Source: an uncultured Muribaculaceae bacterium (lineage in GTDB: Bacteria > Bacillota_I > Bacilli_A > RF39 > UBA660). Taken from it: 15,191 nucleotides of DNA. Positions 7,681 to 13,386 of this stretch are shown here, piece by piece (position 1 is the first letter of the stretch; each line of letters begins with the position of its first letter). The notes under the pieces were generated by a model. That model was not told the origin of the DNA. It ran no database searches and saw only the letters and a list, made by a program, of their open reading frames with translations. The position numbers were made by a program, and so were the translations under genes. The stretch lies in NCBI GenBank assembly GCA_964428195.1, contig CAYRXC010000020.1, positions 1-15,191 of the forward strand. Direction: 5' to 3'.

Positions 7681-8341
7681 ATAATTTGCTCCAGTTATAA
7701 TATCCATAAAACGCATTAAACAAATATACTATCCACATTGTAACCATAATATAATCACTTACCAACAACCACATAATAACAGTTATAATATCAATTATTA
7801 TCCATAACAACCATTGTTCTCTATATCTTGCTAGCATTAATACATTAGCAAATAATGAAATAAAGGTTGATGCACTATCTAATAGAGTGTTGTTTCCCCC
7901 TAAGTAGTCTAGAGACATTTTTAATATAAATATGCCAATAGTACAGGTTATCAAAAATAGTATTGTTTGTTTTAAGCTCATTTTTTTGCTTATTACGGTG
8001 TTAGACTTCTTATTTATATTTTTATTCCATAAGTAGTATCCAATAAACTGTGATGGTAAATAATATAAAGCATTTAGTATTACTTCTCCATAATATTTAT
8101 TTATATATGCAATAATTACATATCCAATAATATTAAATAATCCCCAAATATATTGGCTTTTTTTCCCTTTTGCACAGAGAACTACACAAAATATTCCCGA
8201 AATAGCAGCAATTGAATTGATCAATAAATATATAATTGAATTTTCTTTATCAGTAATCGAAAATACTAACGTAAAAATTATGACAGTTAATATCATTAAC
8301 CACTCAATAACGTTAAATCTTTTTATTAGATTAACTATCAT
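7661..8341 (-). CDS. pnuC: Nicotinamide riboside transporter PnuC
   Basis: 226 aa, multi-pass hydrophobic. Typical PnuC segments are LCAKGKKSQYIWGLFNIIGY and a C-terminal W-rich repeat (REQWLLWIIIDIITVIMW...NAFYGYYNW). AGGAGG RBS lies upstream of the ATG at 8339-8341. It is adjacent to nadR. Confidence 0.85.
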   Translation of the reverse strand: MIVNLIKRFNVIEWLMILTVIIFTLVFSITDKENSIIYLLINSIAAISGIFCVVLCAKGKKSQYIWGLFNIIGYVIIAYINKYYGEVILNALYYLPSQFIGYYLWNKNINKKSNTVISKKMSLKQTILFLITCTIGIFILKMSLDYLGGNNTLLDSASTFISLFANVLMLARYREQWLLWIIIDIITVIMWLLVSDYIMVTMWIVYLFNAFYGYYNWSKLYEKSNI

Positions 8342-8352
8342 AAATCCTCCTT

Positions 8353-8913
8353 TTAGTATAAATTATTATCTTTAATATATTTGATTACTTTTTCATCTAA
8401 AAATTTGTTTAATTCTTCTGTATTGTTATTAGTAATTAAATTTCTAATCTTTGTAGAAGAAACATCTACTGGTGAGTAATCTCTAACCATAATAAAATTC
8501 TCTTTATTCTCAAAGTTATTTATATATTGATTTAAATCTATTCCATTTCTATTCATTACTATTATTTTATTCAATAGTATTTTGTCAATATTCTTCCAAA
8601 GATGAAGATTAACTAAGTTATCATCTCCTATTATTAAGTAGATTTTTTCATAGTGTTTTTTTAATTCATCTATTACTTCATAAGTGTATTGAAAATTATT
8701 TAACTTATTATCAATAATAATATTTTCTGTTTCATATGTTCTAAGCATATTGATCCTATGAGATACATCAATTAAATCATTTTTATCCCAATAATTACCA
8801 GTTGGAATTATCATAACTTTATCAACATATTTTTTTTCTAGCAAGTAATTGACAACCTCAATATGTCCTTTATGAACCGGATTAAAACTTCCAACATATA
8901 TTCCTAATTTCAT
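8353..8913 (-). CDS. nadD: Nicotinate-nucleotide (NaMN) adenylyltransferase
   Basis: 186 aa. GIYVGSFNPVHKGH carries the (H/T)xGH motif, and the C-terminal VSSTKIRN carries the ISSTxxR motif. Size and layout are typical of NadD. A GGAGG RBS is present. Confidence 0.85.
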   Translation of the reverse strand: MKLGIYVGSFNPVHKGHIEVVNYLLEKKYVDKVMIIPTGNYWDKNDLIDVSHRINMLRTYETENIIIDNKLNNFQYTYEVIDELKKHYEKIYLIIGDDNLVNLHLWKNIDKILLNKIIVMNRNGIDLNQYINNFENKENFIMVRDYSPVDVSSTKIRNLITNNNTEELNKFLDEKVIKYIKDNNLY

Positions 8914-8914
8914 A

Positions 8915-9670
8915 TTACCTCCTATAAGTTGGCAAGTTAAATTTATGCTGATTATTATCGTGCATCTTTTTTATTTTTGTTGCAGTATCTTCATCAATTG
9001 ATGAAGGATCTTCGATATAAGCTGCAATTTCCTTATACTTGACTCCTAATTTATCTTCATCAGATAATTCAGACAATCCATCAGCTGGAGTTTTAAACAA
9101 TACTTCACTCGGAACATTTAATACTTTTCCAATTTCAATTACTTCATCTACTGTGAAATCTGCAATTGGAGAAATATCATATACTGAGTCTCCTCCTTTT
9201 GTAAAATATCCAACAAATAGTTCGCATTTATTTGAAGTACCCGCAACCAAGTATGTCTTTCCTTTTATAGATGAGAATAAAGCTGCCATATAATATAACG
9301 TAGACATTCTCAATCTTGGCTTTAAATTAATATCACTATTCTTTGTTGTATCTTTATCATAATTTCCAATATTTATTAATTCTTCTTTGAAATCATCAAA
9401 TACTTTTGTCAAATCAAAATTATATAGTTCAAATCCATAAAAATCACTAACTAACTTAGCATGGCTTCTATCTTCTTCTTTAGAATGACAAGGTAAAGTA
9501 AATCCAACCACATTCTCTTTTCCTAAAGCTTCAGTAAATAATCCAGCAACTACTCCCGAATCTTTTCCTCCGCTAATTCCTATAACAACTCCTCCAAGAT
9601 TATTTTTTTTGTAATATTCTCTAATGAACTTAACAATATTATCCTTTTCCTTTAAAGCATCAAATTTCAT
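8915..9670 (-). CDS. nadE: NH3-dependent NAD+ synthetase (short form, no glutaminase domain)
   Basis: 251 aa. PP-loop GISGGKDSGVV (SGGxDS). The rest fits the NadE pattern (LKPRLRM..LY..A; TSNK.E...GYFTKGGD). AGGAGG RBS is present, and the ATG overlaps the upstream Nudix gene by 4 nt. Confidence 0.9.
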   Translation of the reverse strand: MKFDALKEKDNIVKFIREYYKKNNLGGVVIGISGGKDSGVVAGLFTEALGKENVVGFTLPCHSKEEDRSHAKLVSDFYGFELYNFDLTKVFDDFKEELINIGNYDKDTTKNSDINLKPRLRMSTLYYMAALFSSIKGKTYLVAGTSNKCELFVGYFTKGGDSVYDISPIADFTVDEVIEIGKVLNVPSEVLFKTPADGLSELSDEDKLGVKYKEIAAYIEDPSSIDEDTATKIKKMHDNNQHKFNLPTYRR

Positions 9671-10266
9671 ATTTTCCTCCTCTTAATATATGGAATAGCT
9701 TTAGTCAAAGCTAATTTAGAATTTGCTCCAACCAAATATTTTCTTTTTTCAAATTCTAATAATTCTTCTAAATTTAATAATAATTCTCTAACATATTCTG
9801 ACTCATCTAACTTTTGCTCTTCTTTTTTCTCACATCCAAATGCTACGAATATATGATTATACGCAGAGCTACAGCCTTCATCTTGATAAAACGAATCAAT
9901 TTCAATTATGTCTTCAGGTATATATCCAGTCTCTTCAACAAGTTCTCTTAAAGCTGCTTTAATTGGTTCTTCGCCTTTTTCAATATATCCCGCCGGAAAT
10001 CCCAATGCAACAGTATCTTTAGTAAATACTCTAGGTTCTATTACAGAAACAATTTCTCTATTCCTTGTAATTGCAACTATTATTACCGCATTCCCGTCAC
10101 TATCATTTTTGATTATTTTTTCTCTTAGTATTGTTTTACCATTGTTTAGTACTATTTCATACGGTTCAATATTTATAAATTTAGATTGATCTCTTTTTTT
10201 AAACTCTATTGTTTTAAACTCTTCATAATATTTTAATAAAAGATCAATCTTTTCTTGTCTTACCAT
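9667..10266 (-). CDS. Catalytically intact Nudix hydrolase, probably an ADP-ribose pyrophosphatase
   Basis: 199 aa. Canonical Nudix box G YIEKG E EPIKAAL RELVEETGY matches Gx5Ex7REUxEExGU. The ADP-ribose substrate is inferred from context and the overall NudF-like size, not from diagnostic residues. The RBS is weak. The gene overlaps the pncB 3' end by 7 nt. Confidence 0.7.
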   Translation of the reverse strand: MVRQEKIDLLLKYYEEFKTIEFKKRDQSKFINIEPYEIVLNNGKTILREKIIKNDSDGNAVIIVAITRNREIVSVIEPRVFTKDTVALGFPAGYIEKGEEPIKAALRELVEETGYIPEDIIEIDSFYQDEGCSSAYNHIFVAFGCEKKEEQKLDESEYVRELLLNLEELLEFEKRKYLVGANSKLALTKAIPYIKRRKI

Positions 10267-11714
10267 TTCAATGCCTTAACTTTTCCTTTCCCATTTACAA
10301 TATCATATATCATATCTTTTTTAAGTTGCATTAAATTTTGAGATAAATCTACATAATATCCATGAGGATTATTTTTTCTTTTTATCTCGGGATATATCTT
10401 TGCAAATTCATTTGCACAGTAGCTTCTTGTTTCTTTTGCGCTCGGTACTTTGTACACTTGTTTTCCATCAATAAATATTGGAACTCTTATATCTTTAATT
10501 GTATAATTTGATATAGTTTTTTGCTTCCATTCTTCAGTAGGATGCACTAAAGTATATTGATCTTTTGGTAATTCTTCATCATTTAATGCTATAACATCAG
10601 CTAAAGCGTATCCAGTTTGATTATCAAAGAATCTATATAATTTTTTATATCCCGGATTAGTTGTTTTTATTGTGTCATTGCTTAACTTAATCTTTGGAAA
10701 TATTTCTTTTTCTTTTTCAATAGCAACTAATTTATATACTCCACCAACTCTTTCCTTTGAAGCAGAGATATTATCTCCAACTCCTAAGGAATCAAATTTT
10801 GCTCCTTGATCAGTTAATGATCTTATTACATCTTCATTCAAACTATTTGACAAAGTTATCTTTGCATTAGGATATCCAGCTTCATCCAACATTTTTCTTG
10901 CTTCTATTGACAAATAAGCTAAATCGCCGCTATCAATTCTAATCCCTTTGAATACTAATCCATTTGGTTCCAAATACTCTCTTGCTACTCTTATTGCGTT
11001 TGGTATACCGCTTTTTAAAGTATCATAGGTGTCTACTAAAAATAAACAATTATTAGGATTGCTTTTTGCATATTCTAAAAATGCTTCATATTCACTATCT
11101 GCATCTGACACCATACTATGAGCCATAGTTCCCATAACAGGAATGTCATATTTCTTTCCCGATAATACATTACTAGTGCCAACACAACCACCAATATATC
11201 CATATTTGCTTGCTTCTATTGCAGAATCAATTCCTCTTGCTCTTCTAGCTCCGAATTCCATAACGGGAACTTCTTTTGCTGCATCTGTAATTCTTTTTGC
11301 TGCTGTTGTTACAAGTGTTCCATGGTTAAAATTTGCTAATATTGCAGTTTCTATTATTTGTGCTTCTATTATGTTTGCTCTTACGGTTATTACTGGCTCA
11401 TTGGGAAATACTGGGGTTCCATCTGGGACAGCATATATATCCCCATTAAATTTGAGATTTTTTAAATAATTTAAATATTCATCATTAAATAGTTCCAACG
11501 TTCTCAAGTATTCAATATCTTCTTCAGTGATTTTAAAATTGTTGATGTATTCAACAATATTATCTATTCCACTAGATATTGTATAACCACTATCGAAAGG
11601 ATTGCTTCTAAAGAATACATCAAAATATGCTATTCTATCCTTTTCTCCCTTATCAAAATATGTTTGACCCATTGTTAATTCATATAAATCTGTCATCAAA
11701 GTATTATTTTCCAT
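10260..11714 (-). CDS. pncB: Nicotinate phosphoribosyltransferase (long Firmicute-type PncB)
   Basis: 484 aa. N-terminal LMTDLYELTMGQTYF and central FGARRARG...GTSN...MGTMAHS are hallmark NAPRTase segments. GGAGG RBS is present. The ATG shares one base with the pncA stop (TAATG at 11712-11716). Confidence 0.9.
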   Translation of the reverse strand: MENNTLMTDLYELTMGQTYFDKGEKDRIAYFDVFFRSNPFDSGYTISSGIDNIVEYINNFKITEEDIEYLRTLELFNDEYLNYLKNLKFNGDIYAVPDGTPVFPNEPVITVRANIIEAQIIETAILANFNHGTLVTTAAKRITDAAKEVPVMEFGARRARGIDSAIEASKYGYIGGCVGTSNVLSGKKYDIPVMGTMAHSMVSDADSEYEAFLEYAKSNPNNCLFLVDTYDTLKSGIPNAIRVAREYLEPNGLVFKGIRIDSGDLAYLSIEARKMLDEAGYPNAKITLSNSLNEDVIRSLTDQGAKFDSLGVGDNISASKERVGGVYKLVAIEKEKEIFPKIKLSNDTIKTTNPGYKKLYRFFDNQTGYALADVIALNDEELPKDQYTLVHPTEEWKQKTISNYTIKDIRVPIFIDGKQVYKVPSAKETRSYCANEFAKIYPEIKRKNNPHGYYVDLSQNLMQLKKDMIYDIVNGKGKVKALKW

Positions 11715-12304
11715 TATTTTCCTCCATATCTTTTTACAAGCTTAATACCAGCTTGATTCATCAATTTAAATGCCATGTCGTTGTATTCTCCTCTGTTATG
11801 AAATGGTGCATCGTATGTTTCAACAGCATTCATTGGAACAACTATTTCAACATCTCTATTGTTTTGATCAAAATAGTTTTGTTGTGGTATCACTAAATTT
11901 AAAACACATATATCTGTACAACATCCAACGACTACTATCTCTTCTAATTTTTTCATTCTCTCTATATCACTTAAATATCTTTCTGCAAACAGTGCACTAG
12001 TAGAATTTTTCTCATATACCAAAGAACTTTCTTCAAATGGTTTAAGTTCATCAACCAATTCCGACTCTGAAGTTCCAATTTCACAATGTTCCGGATATCT
12101 TTTAAATTCTCTAGAATTCTTGTTATGAGAGTCTTTTATGAACGCTACTCCATCTCCTTTTTCTATAAATTCCTTAATTAGTCTTAACTGCTCTGGTATT
12201 ATCTTTGCTATTTCTTTATCTGCCATCTTGCCTTCTTTAACAAATCCATTAACCATGTCTACAACAATAAGTAATCTCTTTAATTCTTCTAATCCTTTTA
12301 TCAT
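11714..12304 (-). CDS. pncA: Nicotinamidase (isochorismatase-fold PncA)
   Basis: LIVVDMVNGF carries the catalytic Asp strand, DSH...PEHC is a metal-site-like segment, and VVVGCCTDICV carries the catalytic Cys motif. I place the start at the ATG at 12302-12304 (MIKGLEEL..., 196 aa) because AAGGAGG (12310-12316) lies 5 nt upstream. The track's 220-aa version would start inside the promoter. Confidence 0.85.
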   Translation of the reverse strand: MIKGLEELKRLLIVVDMVNGFVKEGKMADKEIAKIIPEQLRLIKEFIEKGDGVAFIKDSHNKNSREFKRYPEHCEIGTSESELVDELKPFEESSLVYEKNSTSALFAERYLSDIERMKKLEEIVVVGCCTDICVLNLVIPQQNYFDQNNRDVEIVVPMNAVETYDAPFHNRGEYNDMAFKLMNQAGIKLVKRYGGK

Positions 12305-12319
12305 ATATACCTCCTTTTT

Positions 12320-12333
12320 AGATAGAATTATCT
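12320..12333. promoter_or_regulatory. Second small palindrome AGATA-N4-TATCT in the pncA leader
   Basis: agata gaat tatct at 12320-12333, between the predicted transcription start and the RBS (12310-12316). The arms are short (5 bp) in AT-rich DNA, so it could be chance. Confidence 0.2.
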
Positions 12334-12337
12334 CTTC

Positions 12338-12348
12338 TGTTATTAACA
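12338..12348. promoter_or_regulatory. Candidate operator: 11-bp palindrome TGTTA-T-TAACA abutting the -10 box and covering the predicted transcription start
   Basis: tgttattaaca at 12338-12348 is a perfect inverted repeat around a central T, and its last base is also the last base of the -10 hexamer. Assigning it to NrtR is inference only. I cannot recall a matching published NrtR consensus. Confidence 0.3.
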
Positions 12349-12376
12349 TTATATTAAAAACAATTGTGTTTGTCAA
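12348..12376 (-). promoter_or_regulatory. Consensus sigma-A/sigma-70 promoter of the NAD operon
   Basis: Read on the minus strand, TTGACA (12371-12376), exactly 17 nt of spacer, then TATAAT (12348-12353). The predicted 5' UTR to the pncA ATG is about 35-40 nt. Confidence 0.7.
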
Positions 12377-12410
12377 TATGTTTTTATCATTTTGTTAAAA
12401 AGATGTTAAC

Positions 12411-12438
12411 TTGAATATTTTATAAATTATGTTATTAT
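12411..12438 (+). promoter_or_regulatory. Possible promoter of the divergent nucleotidyltransferase gene
   Basis: TTGAAT (12411-12416), 16-nt spacer, TATTAT (12433-12438), followed by AAGGAGG (12445-12451) 8 nt before the ATG at 12460. Such hexamers are easy to find by chance in AT-rich sequence. Confidence 0.35.
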
Positions 12439-12459
12439 GGTTTCAAGGAGGAAACACAT

Positions 12460-13356
12460 ATGAAAAAAACCTTATTAATATTAGCGGGAGGAATGGGGAG
12501 CAGATACGGTGGATTAAAGCAGATAGAACCTATCGGACCAAATGGAGAATTCATAATTCATTACTCTGTTTATGATGCAATAAAAGCTGGTTATAATAAA
12601 ATAGTTTTTATTATAAAAGAAGAAAATTTAGAAGTATTTAAAGAGAAAATTGGCAACAAAATAGAAAAAAAAGTCGAGGTTCATTATATATTTCAAAAGA
12701 ACGATAACATAGAAAAATATATAGAAATACCCAAAGATAGAACAAAACCACTTGGAACAGCACATGCTATATATTGTGCAAAAGACATAATTAAAGAAAG
12801 TTTTACTATAATCAATGCCGATGACTTTTATGGAAGAGAGTCATTTACGCTTCTTAGTAGCTTTATGGAGAAATCAAATGAAGATTTTGCTATTGCCGGA
12901 TATATTTTGGGGAATACAATAACTGATGCCGGTTCTGTAAAAAGAGGTGTTTGTATTAGAAAAGAAGATAAATTAATAGAATTAATAGAAAGCAATATTG
13001 AAAAAAATAATGATACATATAAAGCCAAAGCCTTAGTTGATGGAAGAGAAATAGAGGTTAACTTTGACACCTTAGTTTCTATGAACATGATTTCTTTCTC
13101 ACCAAAGTTATTTGATTACCTTGATAAAAATATTATTGATTTTTATAAAAGCAACGTAAGTAATATCGATAAAATCGAATACTTAATTCCAGAAGTAATG
13201 AATGAAATGCTTCAAAAAGGAGAAGTTAATATTGCGGTATTAAAAACTCCAGCTAAATGGATTGGAATGACATATAAAGAAGATAAAGACATCGTAACTA
13301 AAGAAATAGACAATTTAATTAAGGAAGGAATATATCCTAATAAATTATTCGATTAA
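12460..13356 (+). CDS. Sugar-phosphate nucleotidyltransferase-like protein (GT-A/NTP_transferase fold); substrate unknown
   Basis: 298 aa. The N-terminal LILAGGMGSRYGGLKQ is the nucleotidyltransferase G-rich loop. PLGTAHAIYCA and IINADDFYG follow in the order typical of this fold. A strong RBS is present. Confidence 0.7.
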   Translation: MKKTLLILAGGMGSRYGGLKQIEPIGPNGEFIIHYSVYDAIKAGYNKIVFIIKEENLEVFKEKIGNKIEKKVEVHYIFQKNDNIEKYIEIPKDRTKPLGTAHAIYCAKDIIKESFTIINADDFYGRESFTLLSSFMEKSNEDFAIAGYILGNTITDAGSVKRGVCIRKEDKLIELIESNIEKNNDTYKAKALVDGREIEVNFDTLVSMNMISFSPKLFDYLDKNIIDFYKSNVSNIDKIEYLIPEVMNEMLQKGEVNIAVLKTPAKWIGMTYKEDKDIVTKEIDNLIKEGIYPNKLFD

Positions 13357-13386
13357 AAAAATAGAAGTTATTCTTCTATTTTTTTT
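13355..13386. terminator. Shared bidirectional terminator between convergent genes
   Basis: aaaaaaatagaag (13355-13367) / cttctattttttt (13373-13385) with loop ttatt. The core stem is atagaag/cttctat, flanked by an A7 run and a T-run. It overlaps the stop of the + gene (13354-13356) and the last five codons and stop of the NrdD-like gene (KKIEE*, 13368-13385). Confidence 0.6.

Noticed and set aside
7681-7716. Alternative nadR starts: a longer one at 7716 and a shorter one at 7653 (MYGGSF...).
   Set aside because: The 7716 start has no RBS and lies 56 nt inside pnuC. The 7653 start would remove the first beta-strand preceding the GxFxPxHxGH loop, and its only purine-rich stretch abuts the ATG. 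The ATG at 7680, with GGAG 9 nt upstream, fits best, although the 20-nt overlap with pnuC leaves some doubt.
7661-8352. An NAD+ riboswitch (pnuC-motif or nadA-motif class) upstream of pnuC or at the operon leader.
   Set aside because: The nadD-pnuC gap is only 11 nt and the pncA leader is about 35-40 nt. Neither is long enough for a structured aptamer, and I saw no conserved riboswitch-like stem set.
12305-12376. A 24-codon N-terminal extension of pncA (MTNTIVFNIMLITEEIILSKKEVY).
   Set aside because: This stretch contains the consensus -35 and -10 boxes and the AAGGAGG RBS for the internal ATG at 12304. The isochorismatase fold begins right after that ATG.
3335-12376. Interpretation of the NAD cluster as a phage-encoded NAD+ reconstitution pathway (NARP-type counter-defence).
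   Set aside because: - There are no phage structural, replication or integrase genes in the window.
- The genes are the classical cellular Preiss-Handler and PnuC/NadR salvage enzymes, not the phage-type ADPR-pyrophosphate synthetase / nicotinamide ADPR-transferase pair.
- The cluster carries a host-style NrtR regulator.
- A mobile origin cannot be excluded without flanking sequence.
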